Assembly (NCBI GenBank): GCA_964590995.1
Contig: CAZPYY010000001.1
Location: 762-64,761, forward strand
Length of the DNA: 64,000 bases
DNA from: an uncultured Planctomycetia bacterium
GTDB lineage: Bacteria; Omnitrophota; Gorgyraeia; Duberdicusellales; 4484-171
Reading direction: 5' to 3'
In this document: piece after piece, positions 10,484 through 19,774 of the stretch
Numbering within the stretch: the stretch's first letter is position 1
Layout of the letters: the number at the start of each line of letters is the position of its first letter
Translations under genes and position numbers: made by a program
The notes under the pieces: model-generated
Told to the model about the DNA's origin: nothing
Database searches by the model: none
What the model saw: the letters and a program-made list of their open reading frames with translations, nothing else

Positions 10484-10496
10484 TCATACCCCCTCT

Positions 10497-11249
10497 TTAA
10501 ACTTCCATTTCCCTTATCGGGCCGCCGGAAGTTCCTTTTAAAAACTGAATTAGCCTCTCATCTTTGGATTTCTCTAAATTGTTTTTATCGCCCTCAAAGA
10601 TGATTTTTCCTCCTAATAAAAACGCTAAACGATCAGCAAGCCTTAAACCAACCTCTAAATCATGAGTTACTACTACTGAAGTAATAGCCAGACGCTGATG
10701 AAGATCTTCAATCAAATTTACTATTTTATCCACAGCAATAGGGTCAATTCCGGTAGTCGGCTCATCATAAATTATAATCTTGGGGTTGTAAATAATTGCC
10801 CTGGCTATAGCTACCCTTTTCTTCATCCCTCCGCTTAACTCATAGGGGTGCATATCCTCTATACCTTCTAAGCCGACCAGGGCTAAAGTCTCAGTTACTC
10901 TTTTCCTTATCTCAGATTTTTTTAGCTTTGTATGCTGATAAAAGAAGAAGCCGACATTCTCCTCTATGGTTAAGAAGTCAAAGAGAGCACTGCCTTGAAA
11001 AACCAGACCAAATTGTAATCTGACTTTTTCCAGCTTCTTCTTAGCTAACTGAGTAATATCTACGCCATCAATAGCAATAGTACCGGAATCAGGCCTTAGC
11101 AAGCCAAGGATGTTTTTAAGCAGGACTGTCTTCCCGGCACCACTGCGTCCAATCAACAGGTAGTTCTCACCCTTGTTTACCGTAAGGGTAACTCCTTTGA
11201 GAACATGCTTTTGACCAAAAGTCCTGTAAATGTTTCGTATCTTTATCAT
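10497..11249 (-). CDS. mlaF: MlaF-like ABC transporter ATP-binding protein
   Basis: Walker A GRSGAGKTVLLK, signature LSGGMKKRVAIARA, Walker B IIIYDEPTTGID. The ORF-track start at 11285 would overlap mlaE by 40 bp, whereas an internal ATG (MIKIRNI...) at 11249 gives a 4-bp ATGA overlap, so the start is called there. Confidence 0.85.
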   Translation of the reverse strand: MIKIRNIYRTFGQKHVLKGVTLTVNKGENYLLIGRSGAGKTVLLKNILGLLRPDSGTIAIDGVDITQLAKKKLEKVRLQFGLVFQGSALFDFLTIEENVGFFFYQHTKLKKSEIRKRVTETLALVGLEGIEDMHPYELSGGMKKRVAIARAIIYNPKIIIYDEPTTGIDPIAVDKIVNLIEDLHQRLAITSVVVTHDLEVGLRLADRLAFLLGGKIIFEGDKNNLEKSKDERLIQFLKGTSGGPIREMEV

Positions 11250-12010
11250 ACCCAAGTAAAGTAAAAAAGTGCCGTTAAAATACAATCAGTAATAATAATA
11301 AGCATAAAAGACCTTACTACTGAATGAGTCACTGAACGTGAAACATCAATAGATGAAAAAGGCCTAAATCCCTCATAGCAAGAGATAAAAGCAATCACAC
11401 TGCCAAAACAAATACTCTTAACAAGGCCGCTTAAGATATCTTTGAATCTTAAGGCATCAATGGTCATCCTAAAGTAAAGACCAGCCGGAATAGCAAATTT
11501 CGTTGACCCGACTACATACCCACCCACGATACCTAAAAAATCAGCATAGATAATTAAGACTGGCATACAAACAAGTAGGGCGATAAATTTTGGAACTACT
11601 AAGTAATCTATAGGCTCTACCCCTAATGCCTCTAAAGCATCTACCTGTTCACTGATCTTCATTGAACCAATGCCAGCAGTAATAGAAGCCCCGCTTCTAG
11701 CAGCTACAATCAAAGCACCGATTACCGGACCTAATTCTCTTACTAAAGAGAGAGCTACTAAGGAAGCGAGTTGGATTTCAGAACTAAATTGCTGTAATTG
11801 GTAGGCGGTTTGAAAAGCAATTATCATTCCGATGAAGAAAGCAATTAAGGAAACTAAGGGAAAACTATCAATACCAATGAAAATTACCTCTCGGACTAAG
11901 GACTTAAGATCTCTTTTCTTGGTAAATAGCCACCAGAAGATATTCTTTATAAAAAAGCTAATACTTCCTATATAATGGAATAATTCTCCTAACCCTCTAA
12001 TTAATCCCAT
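11246..12010 (-). CDS. mlaE: MlaE-like ABC transporter permease
   Basis: 254 aa polytopic membrane protein; conserved permease loop; operon position upstream of mlaF/mlaD. Confidence 0.8.
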   Translation of the reverse strand: MGLIRGLGELFHYIGSISFFIKNIFWWLFTKKRDLKSLVREVIFIGIDSFPLVSLIAFFIGMIIAFQTAYQLQQFSSEIQLASLVALSLVRELGPVIGALIVAARSGASITAGIGSMKISEQVDALEALGVEPIDYLVVPKFIALLVCMPVLIIYADFLGIVGGYVVGSTKFAIPAGLYFRMTIDALRFKDILSGLVKSICFGSVIAFISCYEGFRPFSSIDVSRSVTHSVVRSFMLIIITDCILTALFYFTWV

Positions 12011-12918
12011 CAGAAATCCCTTCTCTTCTCAAATCTCAAAGTAGTTCCTTCTTCCTCCATCTTCAATCTCAAAAACTTATCATCTTTCCAATTATAACGC
12101 AGCTCTGTCTGAGGCCCTGACCCCTCTTCTCCTCCATTAGTATTTACAAAGACACCAAACTTCTCATCAAGCTGCTTCTTAAGCCCTACGCTTTCATTAT
12201 CCCCGGAAAATAGCTGCCATTGATCAATAAAAACCTTCTGAGGGCTATATTCTGCTCCTGGTAGTATATTAGAGAAATCCCGCAGGTCCAATACTCCTTT
12301 GATTTCTACAACATTGCCATTCTTAAGAATAAGCTGGGAATCAGTAATATTTAGCACCGGTAGTCTTCCTAAGAAATCTATACGTAAGTAGGTAAATTCC
12401 TTACCCTTATACTTACCGCCATCTACCACCAAATAACCGCTGGTAAGAAAACTACTAATACCTCCCCAGGCTTTCACCTTTATCTTTACCTCACCCTCTA
12501 AGAATGAAGAGCTTTCCTCCCAGCTACCCTCAACATCAAAATTAAGCTCATTTTTGGCTGAGTCGATCTGGCCCCTACCTATAAATTGAGGTAGGTAGAT
12601 GTAAGGAATAAAGATGCTGTCTCCTCTTGAGACTAATCTCGTCCTTGCCCAGGGTATGCCTTTATCGGCAAAGGTAATGTTACTCCCCGCTGCTTCCAAT
12701 ATCAAAGAACCACCCTCTTCATCTAATGCAAAAATAAATTCGCCATTAACTTTACAACTCCCAAGATTAAAATCAACAAGCTTTACTTGATTTTTGATCA
12801 AGTCAATCTCGATTAAATCCTGTTGGCCGGATGCCTCCGCATCTGACCAAGATGCAAAGCTGCTTTCGCAAATTAGACAAAGAGCTACTAGGCAGATAAC
12901 AAGTAGAAGCCTTAGCAT
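12010..12918 (-). CDS. secreted protein of unknown function (signal peptide; co-transcribed with mlaEFD)
   Basis: 302 aa; N-terminal MLRLLLVICLVALCLICESSFA signal peptide; 7-bp overlap with the clpC stop and 1-bp overlap with the mlaE start. Confidence 0.45.
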   Translation of the reverse strand: MLRLLLVICLVALCLICESSFASWSDAEASGQQDLIEIDLIKNQVKLVDFNLGSCKVNGEFIFALDEEGGSLILEAAGSNITFADKGIPWARTRLVSRGDSIFIPYIYLPQFIGRGQIDSAKNELNFDVEGSWEESSSFLEGEVKIKVKAWGGISSFLTSGYLVVDGGKYKGKEFTYLRIDFLGRLPVLNITDSQLILKNGNVVEIKGVLDLRDFSNILPGAEYSPQKVFIDQWQLFSGDNESVGLKKQLDEKFGVFVNTNGGEEGSGPQTELRYNWKDDKFLRLKMEEEGTTLRFEKRRDF

Positions 12919-15365
12919 TCAAATTTCAATATCTCCCCTTTACGTGTTATCTTTATCTTTATAGTCTCGTCTTCTTTCTTCTCTTTTAACCTTTTAGTGA
13001 AACTTCCCTTTATTATATCCTCAGCTAAAGGATCTTCTAAGAACCTCTGGATAACTCTCTTTAAGGGCCGAGCTCCAAAAACTGGATCAAAACCCTTCTC
13101 AATAAAGAAATCCCTAGACTTAGGTGTTAGCTCCACTTGGAAACCCTGCTCAAGGAGCCGTTGGTTTACGTAGGAAATCTCAATATCTACTATCTTCTCT
13201 AAGTTCTTCTTGGTTAGGGCCTTAAACACAGTAATCTCGTCTAAACGGTTCAGAAACTCCGGCTTAAAGGTCTTTTTTACCTCTTCCATCAGTATATCCT
13301 TCATAGCATCATGGCTAATATCCTCACTGACTTCCTTAAACCCTAAAGACCCCTTCTTTCTTATGACTTCAGCTCCAACATTAGAAGTCATAATAAGAAT
13401 TGTATTGCGGAAATCAACTCTTCGGCCATAACTATCAGTAAGTCTCCCCTCTTCTAAAATCTGCAACAAGAGGTTAAAGACATCAGGGTGAGCCTTCTCA
13501 ATTTCATCCAGCAAGAGTACCGAATATGGCCGGCGCCTTACCCTCTCAGTTAATTGGCCGCCCTCTTCATAACCAACATATCCTGGAGGGGCACCGATTA
13601 AACGAGAAACATTAAATTTCTCCATATATTCACTCATATCTATTTGAATTAATGCTTCTTCATTGCCAAACATAAACTCAGCCAAAGCTCGAGCAAGTAA
13701 AGTCTTACCGACTCCTGTTGGCCCTAAAAACATAAATGAACCTATTGGCCGGCGGGGTTCTTTTATCCCAGCCCTGGCTCTTCTAACTGAACGAGCAATT
13801 GCTTCAATTGCTTCACTCTGGCCAACTACCCTTGAAATCAGCTCTTCTTCTATCTTCATCAGCTTAGCTGACTCTTTCTCTTCTAACCGGTAAATAGGTA
13901 CTCCGGTAATCTGAGATACTAATTGAGCAATCTCTTCTTCTCCTACCTCAGGAGTAATCTGGTCTCTCTTATTACCCCATTCTCTTCTTAAACCTTCGAG
14001 CTTAAGCCGCATGTTCTTCTCCTCATCTCTTAAGCGAGCAGCTTTCTCAAAGTCTTGTTGTTTTATCAAGGCTTCCTTCTCAATAACGATATTGGCTAAT
14101 TTTTCTTCTAACTCCTTTATTTCATTAGGAGCAGTCAGAACTGAGAGACGTGACCTTGCTCCAGCCTCATCAATTAAATCTATAGCTTTATCAGGAAGGA
14201 ATCTTCCCGAAATATACCTATCGGATAGCTTAGCCGCAGCTTGGAGTGTTTCATCAGCAAATTTTACCCGGTGATGTGCCTCATACTTATCTCTTAGGCC
14301 AATTAAAATCTTTACTGTCTCTTCAACCGTATTAGCTTCAACAAATATCGGCTGGAATCTCCTCTCTAAGGCTGAATCTTTCTCAATATGCTTTCTATAC
14401 TCATCAAGAGTAGTCGCTCCTACACATTGAATTTCACCGCGAGATAAGGCTGGCTTTAAGATATTCGAAGCATCAATTGCTCCTTCAGCAGCTCCGGCTC
14501 CTACTAAAGTATGCATCTCATCGATAAAGATGATAACATCTTTAGAACGCTTTATCTCTTCCATAACTGCTTTTATTCTCTCTTCGAATTGACCGCGGTA
14601 TTTTGTTCCGGCAATCATCAAAGCTAAATCCAAAACTACTATCCTCTTTCCTCTTAAAACCTCAGGCACATCGCCCTTAACTATATCCTGAGCTAACCCT
14701 TCAACTATAGCAGTCTTGCCTACACCGGCTTCTCCTAAAAGAACCGGGTTATTCTTGGTCCGCCGAGATAAGATTTGAATAACTCTTTCTATCTCAACCT
14801 TTCTTCCAATTACTGGATCAAGTTTTCCTTCTTTAGTTAATTTAGTTAAATCCCGGCCAAAAGAATCTAGAGCTGGGGTCTTTGAAGCGGTTTGATTATT
14901 ACTGCTTCCGGTAGGTTGAGGATGAGCGCTTCCGCCTAAGAGAGCAGATATCTCTTTTCTTATTCCCTTTAAATCTACTCCGGCTGAAAAGAGTACTTGG
15001 GAAGCAGCTCCCTCTTCTTCGCGTAATAGACCTAAGAGTATGTGCTCGGTTCCGATATAATTATGACCCAAGCCCCGCGCTTCCTCAGCAGCAAGTTCTA
15101 AAGCCTTTTTTGCCCGGGGAGTAAAGGGAATATCACCTAAGACTGAGCCTACGCTTCCGGCAGAAACCAGTTTCTCAATCTCAATCCTTAAACGCTCTAG
15201 GTCTACCCCTAAATTTTGCAAAACTGCACAAGCTACTCCTTCTCCTTCGCGAATTAAACCTAAAAGTATGTGCTCGGTTCCGATATAATCATGGTTAAAT
15301 CTTCGGGCCTCTTCCTTAGCTAAAACTAAAACTTTTCGCGCTCTTTCGGTAAATCGATTAAACAT
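12912..15365 (-). CDS. clpC: ATP-dependent Clp protease ATP-binding subunit ClpC
   Basis: 817 aa; two Clp_N repeats; AAA modules with Walker A GEAGVGKTAIVEG and GPTGVGKTLLARA; UVR-like coiled-coil linker between the AAA domains. Confidence 0.9.
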   Translation of the reverse strand: MFNRFTERARKVLVLAKEEARRFNHDYIGTEHILLGLIREGEGVACAVLQNLGVDLERLRIEIEKLVSAGSVGSVLGDIPFTPRAKKALELAAEEARGLGHNYIGTEHILLGLLREEEGAASQVLFSAGVDLKGIRKEISALLGGSAHPQPTGSSNNQTASKTPALDSFGRDLTKLTKEGKLDPVIGRKVEIERVIQILSRRTKNNPVLLGEAGVGKTAIVEGLAQDIVKGDVPEVLRGKRIVVLDLALMIAGTKYRGQFEERIKAVMEEIKRSKDVIIFIDEMHTLVGAGAAEGAIDASNILKPALSRGEIQCVGATTLDEYRKHIEKDSALERRFQPIFVEANTVEETVKILIGLRDKYEAHHRVKFADETLQAAAKLSDRYISGRFLPDKAIDLIDEAGARSRLSVLTAPNEIKELEEKLANIVIEKEALIKQQDFEKAARLRDEEKNMRLKLEGLRREWGNKRDQITPEVGEEEIAQLVSQITGVPIYRLEEKESAKLMKIEEELISRVVGQSEAIEAIARSVRRARAGIKEPRRPIGSFMFLGPTGVGKTLLARALAEFMFGNEEALIQIDMSEYMEKFNVSRLIGAPPGYVGYEEGGQLTERVRRRPYSVLLLDEIEKAHPDVFNLLLQILEEGRLTDSYGRRVDFRNTILIMTSNVGAEVIRKKGSLGFKEVSEDISHDAMKDILMEEVKKTFKPEFLNRLDEITVFKALTKKNLEKIVDIEISYVNQRLLEQGFQVELTPKSRDFFIEKGFDPVFGARPLKRVIQRFLEDPLAEDIIKGSFTKRLKEKKEDETIKIKITRKGEILKFEC

Positions 15366-16434
15366 CTTCTCCTCCTAACTTCTTCCTTAGAATTTCTGCT
15401 CTTATGTAGTCTCTTTCTCTCTCTTTTAGCGATTTTGACTCTATTTTTTGCAAATGTGCTGGTTGAATTATAATAAAAAGGCTGTTTATTACCTCTCGGC
15501 CCTTACCCTTAGAGGATAAATCTGTATTTTTAATTATACCTAAATCTAACCCTAAACACAAGATAGAAAGGTGGCTTAAAGCCTCTCGGCTACTAATCAA
15601 ACGGCTATTTCGCAAAATCCCTAAAGCCCTCCAGACACTATCCTCAAGACTTATCTTGTGTTTCTTAAGGAGGGTATTACGAGCATCGGTCTCTTGAGCT
15701 TTAACTTGATTTACTACCCCAATCAGATTATCAACCAGCTCTTTCTCGGAAAGGCCTAGGCTAACCTGATTAGAAATCTGGAAAAAGTTTCCGAGAGCTT
15801 GGGTTCCTTCGCCAAATAAACCCCGGGTAGTAAATGATATCCGAGTTAACAATTCTAATATCTTGTTTATCCGTTTAGTAAGAGCAAGTGCCGGCAGGTG
15901 TAACATGCATGATGCCCTTAGAGCCGTACCAACATTAGTAGGGCAAGCAGTTAAATAACCTAAATCCGATAAAAACGAAAACGAAATCTTCTTCTCTAAG
16001 TCCTTGTCAATCTCCTCTAATATCTGCCAACACTTCTTTAAATCAAAGCCTGAGAGTATAACTTGGGAGCGAAGATGATCCTCTTCATTGATCATAATTG
16101 AAATCTTCTCATCGCCCGATACGATCAAACCCTTCTCCTTGCTGGCAACAACATGCTCCTGACTTATTAAGTGCCGCTCAAGTAAAAACTGGCTATCCAA
16201 AGCACTCAACTCAGCCATATTCACAAAAGTGCTGTTTCTTAGCCTATTTATCTGAGGATAAGCTTCTCTTACCTTATCCAGGACCTCCTTTTTCTGAGCA
16301 CTACTTGCCCGAGAAGGAAAGGGTAAGTTGGCAATATTGCGAGCTAGACGGATTCGCGAGGAGAAGACTATCTCAGCCTCCGGCCCCTTGCCATTTAGCC
16401 AACTATCCTTGTTATTTAGAAAATACTCAAACAT
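15358..16434 (-). CDS. mcsB: protein arginine kinase McsB (ATP:guanido phosphotransferase family)
   Basis: 358 aa; phosphagen-kinase active-site motif LTACPTNVGTALRAS; overlaps the clpC start by 8 bp. Confidence 0.85.
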   Translation of the reverse strand: MFEYFLNNKDSWLNGKGPEAEIVFSSRIRLARNIANLPFPSRASSAQKKEVLDKVREAYPQINRLRNSTFVNMAELSALDSQFLLERHLISQEHVVASKEKGLIVSGDEKISIMINEEDHLRSQVILSGFDLKKCWQILEEIDKDLEKKISFSFLSDLGYLTACPTNVGTALRASCMLHLPALALTKRINKILELLTRISFTTRGLFGEGTQALGNFFQISNQVSLGLSEKELVDNLIGVVNQVKAQETDARNTLLKKHKISLEDSVWRALGILRNSRLISSREALSHLSILCLGLDLGIIKNTDLSSKGKGREVINSLFIIIQPAHLQKIESKSLKERERDYIRAEILRKKLGGEDV

Positions 16435-16437
16435 ATT

Positions 16438-16547
16438 AGAAAGTTATAAGTTGTAAGTCTTGAGTTTTAAGTTTTTTAGAAAATGTATAAATCATACGGC
16501 TAAGTTCCGCCTTCTTAACTTATAACTTAAAACTTATAACTTAAAAC
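16438..16547. repeat. AT-rich tandem/inverted repeat element (AGTT[A/T]TAAGTT units) forming a roughly 30-bp-arm hairpin in the mcsA-mcsB intergenic region
   Basis: left arm aagttataagttgtaagtcttgagttttaagtttt (16441-16475), right arm cttaacttataacttaaaacttataacttaaaact (16515-16547); the right arm is itself a direct repeat of aacttataacttaaa. Confidence 0.5.
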
Positions 16548-17038
16548 TATTTTTTCTTCTTCTCCAATCCCTTTATTTTATCCCTTAGCTTAGCAGCCTC
16601 CTCATACTCCTCAAGCTGGATAGCTCTGCGCAGACGCTGATGCAACTCAGCAACCTTTAGTTGACTGGAAGCCTTCTTATCTAAACTAGTTGGAGCCTTT
16701 CCGGTATGAGTAGTTGCGCTATGAATTTTTTTTAGCAAAGGCAGAAGAAATCTGCGAAAAGTTTCATAGCACTTTCCACAGCCTAATCTCCCTTTTTTCT
16801 TAAAATCCTCATAACTAAGACCACAAGAAGGACACCTTAATAAGCGGCGCTCTTGAGGTAGACCGCCTACCATATCAGCAAGGCTACCGAGAAAACCGGA
16901 TATGTTAAGATGCTTATCCAGCTCATTAGCCTTAGCCTGAGCACAAACCTGACAAATATGCATCTCAACAACCTTGTCGTTTATAATCTCAGTGAGATGA
17001 ACTGTAGCATTATTTTTATGGCAGATGTCACAAACCAT
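16547..17038 (-). CDS. mcsA: McsA-like zinc-finger/UVR-domain protein (activator of McsB)
   Basis: 163 aa; four CxxC pairs (CDICH, CQVCA, CPSCG, CGKCY); C-terminal UVR motif (IQLEEYEEAAKLRDKIKGLE); immediately upstream of mcsB-clpC. Confidence 0.75.
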   Translation of the reverse strand: MVCDICHKNNATVHLTEIINDKVVEMHICQVCAQAKANELDKHLNISGFLGSLADMVGGLPQERRLLRCPSCGLSYEDFKKKGRLGCGKCYETFRRFLLPLLKKIHSATTHTGKAPTSLDKKASSQLKVAELHQRLRRAIQLEEYEEAAKLRDKIKGLEKKKK

Positions 17039-17052
17039 ATTTCTGTCTCCTA

Positions 17053-17928
17053 TTAAAGAGTATACTTAACCCCCTTAGCCTTAGTAAGCTTTTTGAATTC
17101 CTTCATTATTGTCTTAGTAGTCTTACCAGGTTTAGCATCACCTATTGCCCGGCCATCAACCCTTACTACCGGAACAATTTCAGCTGCAGTTCCGGTTAAG
17201 AAACACTCATCGCTGATAAAGAGCTCGTGGCGAGTAAGCACATGCTCATGAGTAGGTATCTTCTTTTTTCTAGCAATATCTAATACCGTATCTCGAGTAA
17301 TACCCCTTAAGGTCCCCATACATTGAGGCGGAGTATAGAGCTCTCCCTTCTTAACTACGAAGATATTATCTCCGGTACACTCAGCAACATAACCTAAGTG
17401 ATCGAGCATTAAAGCTTCTTGGCAGCCGGAATTTATAGCCTCTATCTTAGCTAATATGTTGTTCAGATAGTTTAAGGATTTTATTTGAGGATTTAGAGCC
17501 TCACAGATATTCCTTATAGTCGGAACAGTAATTATCTCCATGCCTCTATCGTATAATTTTTTGGGATAAAAGGTTATTTTATCGGTAATTATAACTACTG
17601 TTTCATTACCTTTACACTTTCTAGGATCTAAGCCTAGATCACCTTGGCCTCGGGAGATTACTACCCGGATATAGGCATCTTTTAGACCGTTAGCTCTAAG
17701 AGTCTCGATCACAGCCCGGGTCATCTCCTTTTTAGAGAGAGGAACCTTTAACATAATTGAATGAGCTGATTCAAATAATCTATCAATATGCTCCTTTAGT
17801 TTAAAGACCAAAGAGCCATAAGAGCGTATTCCTTCGAATACACCATCTCCATATAAAAACCCGTGGTCAAACACTGAGACTTTTGCATCTTTTTTATCTA
17901 CCAGTTTTCCGTTCAAATAAACCTTCAT
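17053..17928 (-). CDS. ilvE: branched-chain amino acid aminotransferase (class IV PLP fold)
   Basis: 291 aa; ECTGDNIFVVKKGELYTPP motif typical of IlvE / class IV aminotransferases. Confidence 0.8.
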   Translation of the reverse strand: MKVYLNGKLVDKKDAKVSVFDHGFLYGDGVFEGIRSYGSLVFKLKEHIDRLFESAHSIMLKVPLSKKEMTRAVIETLRANGLKDAYIRVVISRGQGDLGLDPRKCKGNETVVIITDKITFYPKKLYDRGMEIITVPTIRNICEALNPQIKSLNYLNNILAKIEAINSGCQEALMLDHLGYVAECTGDNIFVVKKGELYTPPQCMGTLRGITRDTVLDIARKKKIPTHEHVLTRHELFISDECFLTGTAAEIVPVVRVDGRAIGDAKPGKTTKTIMKEFKKLTKAKGVKYTL

Positions 17929-17946
17929 CCATTACCTCCTACCGGT

Positions 17947-18624
17947 TTAGGATTCGCCTAAACCGAGCTCACCGTCTTTAATAAATAACCTATCCTTAGC
18001 GCACTTAGCTAACTCTAAATTATGAGTAACTAAGATTATTGTCTTATTCTTCTCTTTATTTAACTTACCTAATAGAGCAACTACCTTCTCTTGAGAGTCT
18101 TTATCTAGGTTGCCTGTAGGTTCATCACAGAGAATAACCTCAGGGTCATTAACCAAAGCCCGGGCAAAGGCCACCTTCTGCTTTTGCCCTCCGCTTAACT
18201 GCGAAGGAAAAGCCTTCTTCCTCTCCTCTATTCCTAAGTATTTTAACAAGTCTTCTATGGTTTTAAAAGAGTATTTTCGTCTATTTAAATCCAGGGCTAA
18301 AGTAATATTTTCAAGGATATTTAGCTCATCGATGAGGTGATAAAACTGAAAAACAAACCCAATATGCTTATTTCTCCATATTGAGAGCTCTTTATCCTTC
18401 ATTTTGTAGATATTTTTGCCCTTAAAAAGTACCTGACCTCTAGTAGGAGAGTCTAGACCGCCTAAGCTATGAAGCAAGGTAGACTTGCCTGCTCCGGAAG
18501 GGCCAACTATAGCCAGGTAATCTCCGGAATCAAGAGATAAAGAGAGCCCCTTTAAAGCCTGGATTCGCTCTTGGCCGCTACGATATTCTTTAGTTAAAGA
18601 ATTTACTTTAAATAACTCACTCAT
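17947..18624 (-). CDS. lolD: LolD/MacB-type ABC transporter ATP-binding protein
   Basis: 225 aa; Walker [13 protein letters not shown]; signature [15 protein letters not shown]; overlaps the FtsX-type permease gene. Confidence 0.75.
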   Translation of the reverse strand: MSELFKVNSLTKEYRSGQERIQALKGLSLSLDSGDYLAIVGPSGAGKSTLLHSLGGLDSPTRGQVLFKGKNIYKMKDKELSIWRNKHIGFVFQFYHLIDELNILENITLALDLNRRKYSFKTIEDLLKYLGIEERKKAFPSQLSGGQKQKVAFARALVNDPEVILCDEPTGNLDKDSQEKVVALLGKLNKEKNKTIILVTHNLELAKCAKDRLFIKDGELGLGES

Positions 18625-19774
18625 AACGTAAAGCCTCGGAAGGCTGTAGCCTGGCTGCTCTCATTGCCGGGAGCAAGCTAAAGATAAAAGACAAAGCTAT
18701 CCCAACCAGAACAATTAAACTGATATCTCGATAATTTATTGCCATTGGCAAGTACTCAATGTAGTAAATCTCCTGGGGTAACTTTATAAAAGGAAACTTC
18801 TCTAAAGCAATACATAGGCCTAAACCTAAGACTGTTCCCGATAAGGTACCGATAAATCCTAAAAGTAGGCCTTGTAAACTAAATATTCTTGAAATCCTTT
18901 TGCGAGTAAAACCTAAAGATTTTAAAATTCCAATATCTTTAGTCTTCTCTACTACCCCTACAGTCAAAGTGGCAAAGATATTAAAAGCAGCAACTAAAAT
19001 TATTAAGCTTAAGATAATAAACATTACTAACTTCTCTAACTGCAAGGCTGAGAAGAAGACCTGATTAGATTCCATCCAGGTAGATACAAACACATCCTGG
19101 TTAAACTCAGCTAATATCTTCTCCTTTATTTGAGAAGCTTTATAGGGGTCGCTTATCCTGACCCCTAAGAAGAGAAGGTAATTAGAAGAGAGGCTCTTGG
19201 CTCGCTCTAAATCAGTGATAAGGTAATTGTTATCAATATCATAGAGGCCGACTTTGAAAGCTCCTCTTACAACTCCCCTCTGCAATTGCAGTTTTTTCTT
19301 CAAGGGATAGAACTCTATTCTGTCTAAGATAAAAAACCTTCTCTTTAATCCTTCACCAATAAAAAAGCCCTCGGAGGCTGTTTCTCTAGTAATGTATTGG
19401 TAGAGTATTTGTCTCTCTTCTTTGTCTTGGAAGTCAACTCCCTTAACTGCCAAAGGAAGAACTAGATTATCAAACTTAGCAAAGACTTGGGTCTGAAGCG
19501 ATATTGATGCAGCTTCTACATCTTCCCAAGTCTCTAACTCTTTTTCTATTTCCGGTAACTGCTCTTGATCTAAGCACTCTATAGTTAAATGCTGGTTAAA
19601 GCGCATTAACCTATCCATTAAATCCCGGTCAAAACCGTTCATTACCGAGATAACTACGATTAAAGTAGCTACACCGAGAGCTATCCCTAAGCAAGAGACA
19701 ATTCCGATAAAGGAAATATGCCTAGCTCTTCCGCGAAAAAGATAGCGCCGTGCCAAAAATAGTTCAGGTATCAT
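18617..19774 (-). CDS. LolC/LolE-type (FtsX/MacB family) permease
   Basis: 385 aa; N-terminal TM helix, large periplasmic domain, three C-terminal TM helices (FtsX fold); paired with the upstream ATPase. Confidence 0.7.
   Translation of the reverse strand: MIPELFLARRYLFRGRARHISFIGIVSCLGIALGVATLIVVISVMNGFDRDLMDRLMRFNQHLTIECLDQEQLPEIEKELETWEDVEAASISLQTQVFAKFDNLVLPLAVKGVDFQDKEERQILYQYITRETASEGFFIGEGLKRRFFILDRIEFYPLKKKLQLQRGVVRGAFKVGLYDIDNNYLITDLERAKSLSSNYLLFLGVRISDPYKASQIKEKILAEFNQDVFVSTWMESNQVFFSALQLEKLVMFIILSLIILVAAFNIFATLTVGVVEKTKDIGILKSLGFTRKRISRIFSLQGLLLGFIGTLSGTVLGLGLCIALEKFPFIKLPQEIYYIEYLPMAINYRDISLIVLVGIALSFIFSLLPAMRAARLQPSEALRYE

Noticed and set aside
11250-11285. Longer MlaF start (MYFNGTFLLYLG...) proposed by the ORF track
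   Set aside because: It would overlap mlaE by 40 bp. The internal ATG at 11249 gives the usual 4-bp ATGA coupling and a canonical ABC-ATPase N-terminus (MIKIRNI).
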